A DNA stretch of 64,000 nucleotides from an uncultured delta proteobacterium (GTDB lineage Bacteria > Desulfobacterota > Binatia > UBA9968): positions 608,001 to 672,000 of the forward strand of contig CAVYTU010000014.1 in assembly GCA_963771465.1 (NCBI GenBank), written 5' to 3'. The position numbers and the translations under genes are program-made. The notes under the pieces are model-generated. The model was not told the DNA's origin, ran no database searches, and saw only the letters and a list, made by a program, of their open reading frames with translations. Below, piece by piece: positions 10,587-21,330 of this stretch (its first letter is position 1; each line of letters opens with the position of its first letter).

Positions 10587-10651
10587 TCTCGGCCTGGACT
10601 CATTGAATAATCCTGCTGCTATGAGCTTCTAGTTAATCGTCGTGGCGAAAC

Positions 10652-11248
10652 TCAGAAACTGCCGCGGCTGATCACGACTTCCTTCAGCACCACGTCCTTG
10701 GTCGGCCGGTCGCGGGCATCGCGGGCGGTGTTGCCGATGGCGACGATGACGTCTTGGCCTTTGACCACTTCGCCGAAGACGCTATGGCGGTTGTCGAGGT
10801 GCAGCGTCGGCGCTAGCGTGATGAAGAACTGGCTACCGTTAGTGTTTGGGCCGGCGTTGGCCATTGACAGTATGCCGCCTTTGGTGTGGCGTAAATCGGC
10901 ATGAAATTCATCCTCGAAACGGTAGCCGGGTCCGCCTGTACCGTTACCCAAGGGATCGCCGCCTTGAATCATGAAGCCGGGTATGACGCGATGAAAAATC
11001 GTGCCGTTGTAAAGCGGCTTTTTTACTTTCTCGCCGGTTTTTGAATCGGTCCACTCCTTGGTGCCGCTGGCGAGACCGACGAAATTCGCCACGGTCTTGG
11101 GAGCTTTTTCGTCGAATAGCTGGATGACGATATCGCCCATGCTGGTTTTGAGCGTGGCGTAAAGCGGCCCCTTTTTTTCTTGGCCGTTGGCATTTGCGCC
11201 GAGCCCAAAGACTGCGTACAGCGCTGCGACGATTAATAGTTTTTTCAC
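10652..11248 (-). CDS. Cyclophilin-type peptidyl-prolyl isomerase with signal peptide
   Basis: [15 protein letters not shown] and [18 protein letters not shown] motifs. Confidence 0.93.
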   Translation of the reverse strand: MKKLLIVAALYAVFGLGANANGQEKKGPLYATLKTSMGDIVIQLFDEKAPKTVANFVGLASGTKEWTDSKTGEKVKKPLYNGTIFHRVIPGFMIQGGDPLGNGTGGPGYRFEDEFHADLRHTKGGILSMANAGPNTNGSQFFITLAPTLHLDNRHSVFGEVVKGQDVIVAIGNTARDARDRPTKDVVLKEVVISRGSF

Positions 11249-11595
11249 TGGTGCCTCCTGATAATTATTTCTGAGCTAATTCAGCCATGATTTCATTGAT
11301 GAAGCGCAGGTCTATATTCGGTTTGCGTATTCAACGCCATCGACGCCGTCCTCACCGAGCGCGGGGACACGGAGTACCTTTGCGCCGTAGCAATTCGCCA
11401 ATCAGCGATAAAAACTGATTATCGCGAAATAGGGCAGGAAACGACATCGCATGGAATTGACGCTTAAGCTAAACAAACTATTCCGGTCGGTCAAGCTAGA
11501 TCGTCAGAAAGTGGCGCTCCAGGCCGATTAGCCGCTACTTTTCGGCGGCGTAAACCTTCAGTGAAATTCAGTGCGGTGCTTTTCGATCCAGTGTT

Positions 11596-11624
11596 TTGAC
11601 AATGAGATTCTCGGATGGTATAGG
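11596..11624 (+). promoter_or_regulatory. Putative sigma70 promoter of the bactofilin gene
   Basis: TTGACA-N17-TATAGG with a TG extended -10, about 32 nt upstream of ATG 11657. Confidence 0.5.
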
Positions 11625-11656
11625 AAACTTTGCCCAAACAGGGAGGGCATCATCCT

Positions 11657-12223
11657 ATGGCTTGGTTTGATCGAAGCGCTGGAGAAAAAAAAGGGCCGGA
11701 CGCAACACCTGAGAAAACTCCGGAGACGCCGAAGTCAGCAGTACCTGAGCCAGCTCCGGTGGCTGCAACTCCCGCGCCGCCTAAGCCCGCTCCCAAAGTA
11801 GCCGAACCGCCGTCTTCTACCGCTGGTTTGGTCGGTTATCTATATAAAGGGAGCCGCGTCAGCGGCCAATTGAGTTTTCAGGGCCCAGCGCGTATCGACG
11901 GCACCGTCGACGGCGAAATTCACTGTCAGGGGACGTTAACTATCGGTCCGGGCGCCGAGGTCAAAGCCAAAATTACCTGCCAGGCCGTGGTGATTCATGG
12001 CAAGGTAGAAGGCGATGTGAGCGCTAAAGATAAGGTCGAGTTGGTAGCGCCGGCTCGATTGATTGGCAACATAGATACCCCCAGGCTGATCATCGCTGAG
12101 GGTGTGGTGTTTGACGGTGACTGCTCCATGGGAGTGGCCAAGCAACAAGGTGGAGTCTCAGGCTCGCAGAGCGTGGTAGCGGACAAAGCGCCAGTGGCTC
12201 AAAGCGCCAAAGCTAATAGCTGA
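11657..12223 (+). CDS. Bactofilin (polymer-forming cytoskeletal protein) with Pro-rich N-terminus
   Basis: Beta-helix repeats: GSRVSGQL..RIDGTVDGEI..LTIGPGAEV..IHGKVEGDV..IAEGVVFDG. Confidence 0.88.
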   Translation: MAWFDRSAGEKKGPDATPEKTPETPKSAVPEPAPVAATPAPPKPAPKVAEPPSSTAGLVGYLYKGSRVSGQLSFQGPARIDGTVDGEIHCQGTLTIGPGAEVKAKITCQAVVIHGKVEGDVSAKDKVELVAPARLIGNIDTPRLIIAEGVVFDGDCSMGVAKQQGGVSGSQSVVADKAPVAQSAKANS

Positions 12224-12377
12224 TTCTCGAACTTAGACTTCGGTTCGCCGTTCATTCCATCCCGAGATCCTACGTTCATCATCGAAGGTAGGTTTTTCCA
12301 TATTTAGGCCTTGGGTTGTGCTCTACCCGGGCGGATGCCGCCGTAACGAAAGTGTAGTTGGAGTCGGAAACGGACGA

Positions 12378-12806
12378 ATGATTCACTTAGATTTCAGCAT
12401 CGTTTATCAGATGATCCTATTTCTGATCCTCTGGGTGATTCTCAATAAAATTTTGTTCCAGCCTTACCTCCATCTTCTCAACGAACGCGAGCTAAAAACC
12501 ACCGGTGCCGAACATGATTCGAGCGACTTGGAACATGAAGGCGCGCGGCTAAAGGCACAGTACGAAGAGAAAATCGGCCAAGCCCAGGCTGTCGGCTATG
12601 CAGCAAAAGATGCCATCGTCCAAGACGGCCGCCAACAACGCGAAAAAATCTTAAGCCAGGCGCGCGACGAGGCCGCAGCCACATTGGAACGGGTTCGTAA
12701 CGAAGTGGCGAGCACCCTCGAGCAAGAGCGCCGACTCGCTGCGGCTGAAGTGAGCAACGTGGCCGGTGCGATGGTTGCCAAGGTATTGGGGAGGACGGTC
12801 GGGTGA
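12378..12806 (+). CDS. F0F1 ATP synthase subunit b'
   Basis: N-terminal TM segment, LF.PY...L.ER, coiled coil; first gene of the atp cluster. Confidence 0.85.
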   Translation: MIHLDFSIVYQMILFLILWVILNKILFQPYLHLLNERELKTTGAEHDSSDLEHEGARLKAQYEEKIGQAQAVGYAAKDAIVQDGRQQREKILSQARDEAAATLERVRNEVASTLEQERRLAAAEVSNVAGAMVAKVLGRTVG

Positions 12807-13369
12807 GCGCCATGAGTATTGTCGATCTTTTGATCACGGCGCAGCTTTGGGCTTCGGAAGCGGGCGGTCATGGCGCTGAGCACCACGGGCCGTCAATCAA
12901 TGACATTTGGTTTCCGCTCGGCAATTTCCTCATCTACGCATTCATACTAGTGAAGCTTGCCCTTCCTCTGGTTCGTGATTTCTTGAGAACGCGCCGGGAG
13001 GAAGTCGTTTCGACTATCGCGCAGGCTTCGGCGAAGAAACAGCAGGCTGAAGCGTTCGTCAGCGAGTACCGGGGCAAAATTGCCGGTTTGGATAATGAGA
13101 TTCAGACCATGCAAGAGACGCTCCGCAATGAGGGCGAGCGCGAAAAAACTCGGCTTGTGGGCGAAGCTCAAACGCTAGCGGTAAAAATCAAGGAAGACAC
13201 GCAGTTTCTCGCCGACCAAGAGGTGAAAATCGCCCGCCAGCAGCTACGCCAGGAGATCGCTAATCAAGCAGAGGCGGCGGCGCGCGTGCTGGTGCAACGG
13301 CATCTTTCGGCGGCGGATCAGGACCGGTTAGCGCAAGAATTTATTCAAAATATCGGATCAACGCGATGA
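12803..13369 (+). CDS. atpF: F0F1 ATP synthase subunit b
   Basis: TM segment NFLIY, then ..RREEV.. and a coiled coil; overlaps b' and delta. Confidence 0.85.
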   Translation: MSAMSIVDLLITAQLWASEAGGHGAEHHGPSINDIWFPLGNFLIYAFILVKLALPLVRDFLRTRREEVVSTIAQASAKKQQAEAFVSEYRGKIAGLDNEIQTMQETLRNEGEREKTRLVGEAQTLAVKIKEDTQFLADQEVKIARQQLRQEIANQAEAAARVLVQRHLSAADQDRLAQEFIQNIGSTR

Positions 13370-13908
13370 TCGAAGGCAGCCTAGCAAGGCGATATACCAA
13401 GGCGCTGTTTCAATTGGCGCGCGAGGCCGGTCAGGAAGAAGCGGTCGGTCGAGAAGTCGATGAGTTTTTTACCGCCTACGACGGCTCGGATTTGCGCATG
13501 GTGCTCACCAATCCCGCCTTCGATGTGCCGACCCGCAAACGAGTTCTTATTCAAGTCGCCAATCACCAGCAGCTTTCGGTGCTGACGATTCATTTCTTGT
13601 CCCTCTTGCTGGAACGGGACCGGCTCAAGCATCTGCCTGGGATCGCAAGCTGCTATCGGCGTTTACTGAACGAAGCCAAGGGGCAGGTCGAAGCGAAAGT
13701 GGTCAGCGCCAGTGCATTGGCGCCAGCGCTGATCGACCGAGTGCGCGAGCAGCTGCGTGGGTTGTCGGGCAAACAAGTAGTCTTGCAACAGGAAGTCGAT
13801 CCGACTCTGCTCGGCGGCATGACCGTCGAACTGGCAGGAAAAGTTTACGACGGTAGCATTCGCACCCAGCTCGAGAAGATGAAACAGCGCGTGGCGCGCG
13901 GTTATTAA
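13366..13908 (+). CDS. atpH: F0F1 ATP synthase subunit delta
   Basis: [16 protein letters not shown] and YDGSIRTQL motifs. Confidence 0.93.
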   Translation: MIEGSLARRYTKALFQLAREAGQEEAVGREVDEFFTAYDGSDLRMVLTNPAFDVPTRKRVLIQVANHQQLSVLTIHFLSLLLERDRLKHLPGIASCYRRLLNEAKGQVEAKVVSASALAPALIDRVREQLRGLSGKQVVLQQEVDPTLLGGMTVELAGKVYDGSIRTQLEKMKQRVARGY

Positions 13909-13918
13909 GGAGTCAACG

Positions 13919-15428
13919 ATGGATATCGGAACAGCGGAAATCAGCCGGATTATTAAAGAACAAATCCGCGACTACGAAAAGACGGTTGAGATCCAGGAAG
14001 TCGGCTCGGTGCTTTCCACCGGCGACGGTATCGCGCGCATTCACGGCCTCGACAAAGTCGCCGCCGGCGAGCTGTTGGAATTTCCCCACAATATTTTCGG
14101 CATCGCACTCAATTTGGAAGAAGACAACGTCGGCGCCGCGCTCTTCGGCGAAACCCACATGATCAAAGAAGGCGACACGGTCAAACGGACCGGCCGGATC
14201 GCCGAAGTTCCAGTCGGCAAGGAAATGATCGGCCGGGTGGTCAACGCACTCGGTGAAGCGATCGACGGGCGCGGCCCGATTGATGCCAAAGAGCGCCGCC
14301 GCATCGAATTGAAGGCTCCCGGCATCGTCGCGCGCCAACCGGTGAAAGAGCCACTGCAAACCGGCTTGAAAGCGATCGACGGCATGATCCCGATCGGACG
14401 CGGCCAGCGTGAACTGATCATTGGCGACCGCCAGACCGGCAAGACCGCCGTCGCCATCGACGCGATCATCAATCAAAAGGGCGGCAATGTCATTTGTATT
14501 TACGTCGCCATCGGCCAGAAACGGTCAACCGTCGCGCAGGTGGTTGACCGGCTTAGAGAAGCCGGTGCAATGGAATATACCATCATCGTCGCGGCGACGG
14601 CCTCCGAGTCCGCGCCGCTGCAATTTATTGCCCCTTACTCGGGCTGCACCATGGGTGAGTACTTCCGCGACAACGGCGGCCACGCGCTGGTGATCTACGA
14701 CGATCTATCGAAACACGCGGTTGCGTATCGCCAATTGTCTCTTGCTGCTGCGCCGCCCACCGGGGCGTGAAGCGTATCCCGGCGACGTTTTCTATTTACA
14801 TTCCCGTTTACTCGAGCGCGCCGCCAAGATGAGCAATGAACGCGGCGGCGGTTCACTGACCGCGCTGCCGATCATCGAGACCCAAGCCGGCGACGTGTCG
14901 GCTTATATTCCGACCAACGTTATTTCGATTACCGATGGGCAGATTTTTCTCGAAAGCGATCTGTTCTACTCCGGTGTCCGGCCGGCGATCAACGTCGGAA
15001 TTTCCGTCTCCCGCGTCGGCGGCAACGCGCAGATCAAGGCGATGAAGCAAGTCGCCGGCACGCTACGGCTGGAATTAGCTCAATATCGCGAAATGGCTGC
15101 CTTTGCCCAGTTCGGCTCCGACTTGGACGCGGCGACGCAGAAACAGTTAAACCGCGGCGCGCGCTTGGTCGAGTTGCTCAAACAAGGCCAATACCAGCCG
15201 CTGTCCGTCGAGCAGCAGGTGGTGATCATTTACGCCGGCACCAATGGCTTCGTCGACGAATTGCCGGTCGCGTCGCTGAAAAAATACGAGCAGGAAGTGT
15301 TCTCGTTCATTTCATCGAAGCATCCCGACGTGTTCGCCGACATTCTCAAGAAGCGCGAGTTGGACAGCGATCTGCGCGCCAAGCTGAACCAGGTTCTGGG
15401 CGAGTTTAAAGGGGCTTTCAAGGCTTAA
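13919..15428 (+). CDS. atpA: F0F1 ATP synthase subunit alpha (one extra base near 14741 splits the ORF)
   Basis: GDRQTGKT lies in 13919..14770; [26 protein letters not shown] lies in 14721..15428. A +1 insertion falls within TCT-C-TTG. Confidence 0.95.
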
Positions 15429-15430
15429 GG

Positions 15431-15481
15431 TTCGGGTTTGAGGTTTCGGGTTATCTCCAAAACCTAAACTCGTAACCCGAA
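15431..15481. repeat. Inverted pair of 7-mer tandem repeats (atpA-atpG spacer)
   Basis: TTCGGGT-TTGAGGT-TTCGGGT ... AACCTAA-ACTCGTA-ACCCGAA. Confidence 0.6.
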
Positions 15482-15493
15482 GCGTCAACAAAG

Positions 15494-16360
15494 ATGGCAA
15501 CACTCAAGACGATACGTAAGCGGATCGGCTCGGTCCGCAACACTCAACAGATCACCAAGGCCATGAAAATGGTCTCGGCGGCGAAGCTGCGCCGGGCACA
15601 GGAGGCCGCGGTGCAAGCGCGACCTTACGCCGAGAAGATGACCGAGCTGTTGAAAAATGTTTCGGCCCGGGTTGCCCGCGAAGCCCATCCGTTATTAACC
15701 CCGCGCGAAGAGAAAAAGATCCATCTGGTTCTGTTTACCTCGGACCGCGGACTATGCGGCGGTTATAATACGAACTTGATCCGCGCCGCCGAAGCGTTCA
15801 TACGCCGGCAATCGGCCGACCAGGAAATCGAGCTGACTTTGGTCGGGCGCAAAGGCGCGGACTATTTTCGCCGGCGCGGCGCCAGGATCGCCGATCGCTA
15901 CGTCGATATTCTTTACAAAACGGCCGATGAGCTGGCCGCCCAGATCGCGCTAAAATTAATCGCTCGCTTCGTCAATGGCGAGACCGACGCGGTTTATATT
16001 CTCTACAGCCGTTTCCGCTCGGCCCTGTCACAGCTGCCGACGTTGGAAAAACTTCTGCCGGTGTCATTGACGGAAACCAGCGAAACGGATGCGCAGCAAC
16101 AGACCGAATATTTATACGAACCGGGCGTCGAGCAACTGCTGGCGAGCTTGTTACCGCGGATTACCGACGTGGCGTTGCAGCGGGCTTTGTTGGAAGCGAC
16201 CGCCAGCGAGCATGGCGCGCGCATGACCGCCATGGAATCGGCCACCGGCAACGCGGCCAAGATGATCGGCTCGCTGACGCTGCAAATGAACCGGGCGCGC
16301 CAGGCATCGATTACCCGCGAGCTGTTGGAAATCGTCGGCACGGCGGAAGCATTGAAATAA
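15494..16360 (+). CDS. atpG: F0F1 ATP synthase subunit gamma
   Basis: ITKAMKMVSAAK, SDRGLCG, SEHGARMTAM and RQASITRE motifs. Confidence 0.97.
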   Translation: MATLKTIRKRIGSVRNTQQITKAMKMVSAAKLRRAQEAAVQARPYAEKMTELLKNVSARVAREAHPLLTPREEKKIHLVLFTSDRGLCGGYNTNLIRAAEAFIRRQSADQEIELTLVGRKGADYFRRRGARIADRYVDILYKTADELAAQIALKLIARFVNGETDAVYILYSRFRSALSQLPTLEKLLPVSLTETSETDAQQQTEYLYEPGVEQLLASLLPRITDVALQRALLEATASEHGARMTAMESATGNAAKMIGSLTLQMNRARQASITRELLEIVGTAEALK

Positions 16361-16364
16361 TAAA

Positions 16365-16432
16365 TCGTGTTCGTGATCGTAAAAACGAAGATCTCAGAAG
16401 ATGCGAGCACGAGCCACGAACACGATCACGAT
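16365..16432. repeat. Inverted pair of 6-mer tandem repeats (atpG-atpD spacer)
   Basis: TCGTGT-TCGTGA-TCGT ... ACGAGC-C-ACGAAC-ACGATC-ACGAT. Confidence 0.6.
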
Positions 16433-16436
16433 ATGA

Positions 16437-17864
<1,428 letters not shown>

Positions 17865-17919
17865 GCGGGCATCAGGCAGGCAGAGGCGGCGGACCTTGGC
17901 CTATTCCTTGGATTTTTAA

Positions 17920-18336
17920 ATGGCAGACAAGATCAGACTTAGAATAGTGACGCCGAGCCGGCTGATGCTCGACGAAGAAGTCGACGAAGTTACTGCGATC
18001 GGCGAGTTGGGCGAGTTCGGCGTGTTGCCCAATCATATTGCTTTTCTCTCGACGCTTGTGCCGGGCGAATTGAGCTACAAGCAGGGCGCCACCAAGCGCG
18101 TGCTGGCGGTGAGCGGCGGTTATGCGGAAGTGTTAGATAACGTGATGACCGTGTTGGCGCCGGCTGCCGAATTCGCCGCCGAGATTGACAGCGCGCGCGC
18201 TCAACGCGCCAAGGAGCGGGCCGAGAAGCAGCTGTCCGAGGTCAACCGTGAGGAAAAGGAATTCGAACTGTGCCAAGTTGCGCTGCAGCGCGCGCTGGTC
18301 CGGCTCCAGGTTGCGAGTAAGGAAACAAGAAGATAA
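17920..18336 (+). CDS. atpC: F0F1 ATP synthase subunit epsilon
   Basis: IVTP, GEFGVLPNH and VSGGYAEV motifs; C-terminal helical hairpin. Confidence 0.95.
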   Translation: MADKIRLRIVTPSRLMLDEEVDEVTAIGELGEFGVLPNHIAFLSTLVPGELSYKQGATKRVLAVSGGYAEVLDNVMTVLAPAAEFAAEIDSARAQRAKERAEKQLSEVNREEKEFELCQVALQRALVRLQVASKETRR

Positions 18337-18373
18337 GTAGATAGGAATGAGAAAGCAGTAAGGAGGAAGTCTT

Positions 18374-19507
18374 ATGGCCGATGCAGCGAAACAAGAACCG
18401 GTAATCACCATGTGGAGTAAGGAATTCACCTATGATCGGTGGATGAAGTCGAAAGGTATTCCAATCCATACGGGCTACTTTATTCCGGATCTCCGGACCG
18501 TCGAGTTGGAATGGTGGGAGGAAAGAGGCTGCAAAGCCGCGTTCATTCAGCTCCTGGGGCAGGAAGGCGTCAGCGCGGCGCGGGTGACGGAAGTTCCTCC
18601 GGGCAAATCGTTGCCGCCGGTGAAATTCGCCTTGGATGAAATCGTCTACGTTTGCTCCGGCCGCGGCTTGACCACCGTCTGGGCAGGCGAGGGCAAGGCG
18701 AAGAAGAACTTCGAATGGCAAGAGCATTCGATGTTTCTCGTGCCGCGCAATCACTGGCACGTCTTCAGCAATATGGCGGGCGACAAACCGGTTAAACTTT
18801 TTCACTACAGCTACATGCCAATGGCGATGTCGGCGTTGCCCGAGCCCGACATGTATTTCAACAATCCCTACGAACCGAAAATCACCGCCGATCAGGGCGA
18901 TTTTTACTCGGAAGCGAAAATGGTTCAGGCGAAAGATGCCGACGAAGGTTTGGGCATGCGCGCTTTTTGGTATGGCAACTTTTTCCCCGACATGCGCGCC
19001 TGGAACAAGCTCGACGCCAACGAGCGGCGCGGCGCCGGCGGCAAAAGCGTGTTCATGCAGTTTCCCAATTCCGAACTCACCGCCCACATGTCAGTATTCG
19101 CGCCCAAGACCTATAAGAAGGCGCACCGCCATGGTCCGGGCCGCGCGATCATTATTCCAGCCGGCGAAGGCTATTCGATCATGTGGGAAGAAGGCAAAGA
19201 AAAGGTCGTCTGCCCGTGGCATGAGTGCTCGATGGTGACGCCGCCGAACAAGTGGTTCCACCAGCATTTCAATGCCGGCGGCGATATGGCGCGCTATCTG
19301 GCGCTTCATCCGCCGATGCAGTTCCACGGCCATGCGGAAAAGGTCGAGGATCGCGCTAAAGATCAGATCGAGTATCCCAACGAGGATCCGTTCATTCGTC
19401 AGAAGTTCGAAGAGGAGTTGGGCAAGCGCGGCATCAAGAGCATCATGCCGGCTGAATGCTACAGTGACCCGGACTACGAGTGGTCCAAGGCGATGGGCAA
19501 GCAATAA
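18374..19507 (+). CDS. Bicupin protein (gentisate-dioxygenase-like architecture, unknown substrate)
   Basis: Two cupin units: DEIVYVCSGRG...VPRNHWH and KAHRHGPG..GEGYS...PPNKWFHQHFN. Confidence 0.75.
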   Translation: MADAAKQEPVITMWSKEFTYDRWMKSKGIPIHTGYFIPDLRTVELEWWEERGCKAAFIQLLGQEGVSAARVTEVPPGKSLPPVKFALDEIVYVCSGRGLTTVWAGEGKAKKNFEWQEHSMFLVPRNHWHVFSNMAGDKPVKLFHYSYMPMAMSALPEPDMYFNNPYEPKITADQGDFYSEAKMVQAKDADEGLGMRAFWYGNFFPDMRAWNKLDANERRGAGGKSVFMQFPNSELTAHMSVFAPKTYKKAHRHGPGRAIIIPAGEGYSIMWEEGKEKVVCPWHECSMVTPPNKWFHQHFNAGGDMARYLALHPPMQFHGHAEKVEDRAKDQIEYPNEDPFIRQKFEEELGKRGIKSIMPAECYSDPDYEWSKAMGKQ

Positions 19508-19542
19508 ATAGATTGCCCGTAACTACTTAACAGTTTGATTAC

Positions 19543-19572
19543 GGAATCCCCGCTCCAGCGAGTGGGGATTCC
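19543..19572 (+). terminator. Strong hairpin after the bicupin gene (terminator or processing site)
   Basis: GGAATCCCCGCTC-CAGC-GAGTGGGGATTCC followed by TGTTATT. Confidence 0.55.
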
Positions 19573-19584
19573 TGTTATTGGGGT

Positions 19585-21135
19585 ATGAAAAAAATGGCAG
19601 AAATACAGAGGCAAAAGATGCACGACGATATCTACGATCACGACCATCCGGATAATTTCATCATCGGCGAGGACGAAATTGTCACCGACATCGAAGGACT
19701 GGAGATGTTCTCGCTAAAGAGCGTGGGCATCGATATCGGCTCTTCGACCTCGCACCTGATCTTCTCGCATATCACTTTGCGCCGCGAAGGCGCGTCGCTC
19801 TCCGGCAAATTCCGCGTGACTAACCGCGAGGTGCTATACCGCTCGCCGATCATGCTGACGCCGTACATTTCAGCCACGAAGATCGACACCGATAAGGTCA
19901 ACGCGTTCATTCACGACGCGTACAAAGAAGCGGGCTTGACGCCGGAAGACGTCGACACCGGCGCGGTGATCATCACCGGCGAGGCGTTGAAAAAAGAAAA
20001 CGCCCAGCCGATCGTCGAAAACTTCGCCAAATACTCCGGCAAATTTATTTGCGCGGCGGCGGGCCATAATCATGAAGCGTTATTGGCGGCCTATGGTTGC
20101 GGTGCGGTGGATTTATCGAAGAGCGAGCATAAGACCGTGCTCAACGTCGATATGGGCGGCGGCACGACTAAATTTTCATTGGTGGAAGACGGCGTGGTGA
20201 CGCAGACCGCGGCGATTAGCATCGGCGCCCGGCTGATCGCCTTCGACGAGAGTAATAAAATCACCCGTATCGAAGACGCCGGCCGGACGATGATGAAGGA
20301 GCTTGGCCACCAGGTCGAGATCGGCCAGACGATCTCGGACAAGATGAAAGAAGATTTTGGCGCCTATATGGCGAAGATTCTTTTCGAGACTATTGAGGGA
20401 GGACCTCACTCGCCGATGGCCAGTTCGCTCATGGTGACGCCGCCGTTGGTCAATTATCTTGGTTTCAAGCAATTTCAGTACATCGTCTTTTCCGGCGGCG
20501 TTTCCGAGCATGTCTACGACCGCGATACGAAAACCTACGGCGACATCGGGCCGGTGCTCGGCCGCAATATGCGCGAGTATCTAAAAAAGCTGCCGAAGGA
20601 TATTCTGCGCGAACCCATCGAGGGCATTCGCGCCACGGTCATCGGCGCCGGCGAGTACACGATTCAAGCGAGCGGCAACACCAGTTTTGTGTCCAACCTA
20701 AAAGTGCTGCCGGTGCACGGCCTCAAGGTCATCCAAGCACCGATTCGCGAAGGCGAGTCGGTCAGCGAGGCGCTCAAGCAGTCGCTGAGAAAATTCGATC
20801 TGACCCACTTTACATCCGGGTTGGCTCTTTCGTTGACGGTGAGCGGCGTGCCCGACTATCAGTCGGTGCGCCGAATTGCTGAGGGCGTGGCGCAAATTCT
20901 CAAAGACTCGGACGATCAGAAATGTCCATTGTATTTAACCCTCGATCTCGATATCGCCAAATCCTTGGGCGCCATGCTCAAGGACGAGTTCAAAGTCGCG
21001 CGCGATATCATCGCTATCGACAGCATTGAAGTCGGTGACTTGGATTACATCGACATCGGCGAGTGTTTGGGTATCACCGAAGTGATTCCCGTCACGGTCA
21101 AGTCGCTGATGTTCCCGACCGCGGCGAGCGATTGA
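19585..21135 (+). CDS. EutA-like (ethanolamine ammonia-lyase reactivase family) ASKHA-fold ATPase
   Basis: SVGIDIGSSTSHLIFS, GAVIITGE, NVDMGGGTTK, FSGGVSE, IRATVIGAG and GDLDYIDIG..VIPVTVKSL.F match the EutA layout. Confidence 0.8.
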   Translation: MKKMAEIQRQKMHDDIYDHDHPDNFIIGEDEIVTDIEGLEMFSLKSVGIDIGSSTSHLIFSHITLRREGASLSGKFRVTNREVLYRSPIMLTPYISATKIDTDKVNAFIHDAYKEAGLTPEDVDTGAVIITGEALKKENAQPIVENFAKYSGKFICAAAGHNHEALLAAYGCGAVDLSKSEHKTVLNVDMGGGTTKFSLVEDGVVTQTAAISIGARLIAFDESNKITRIEDAGRTMMKELGHQVEIGQTISDKMKEDFGAYMAKILFETIEGGPHSPMASSLMVTPPLVNYLGFKQFQYIVFSGGVSEHVYDRDTKTYGDIGPVLGRNMREYLKKLPKDILREPIEGIRATVIGAGEYTIQASGNTSFVSNLKVLPVHGLKVIQAPIREGESVSEALKQSLRKFDLTHFTSGLALSLTVSGVPDYQSVRRIAEGVAQILKDSDDQKCPLYLTLDLDIAKSLGAMLKDEFKVARDIIAIDSIEVGDLDYIDIGECLGITEVIPVTVKSLMFPTAASD

Positions 21136-21173
21136 AGCGGTCGAGAATTTACTTTCCGTTCCCGTCTGAAGGT

Positions 21174-21274
21174 TCCTTCCCCCTCGATCGGGGGGAGCGT
21201 CGAATAGGGGTAACACTGTCGCCTGGGCGAGTGGCGAATTTACCTCTACTCAACCTCCCCATCGCGGGACAGAG
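21174..21274. repeat. Degenerate REP-like palindrome pair
   Basis: TCCTTCCCCCTCGATCGGGGGGAG..AGGGG, then an inverted partner CCTCTACTCAACCTCCCCATCGCGGGA. Confidence 0.4.
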
Positions 21275-21330
21275 CATTGGGAAACCGAGGCGGCTGCCAA
21301 TCATCGGCCTGACTATTATCGACAAATTCC

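Noticed and set aside
18374-21135. Ethanolamine utilisation (eut) operon
   Set aside because: No eutB, eutC, shell, transporter or dehydrogenase genes are present in the window, so only the EutA family resemblance is supported.
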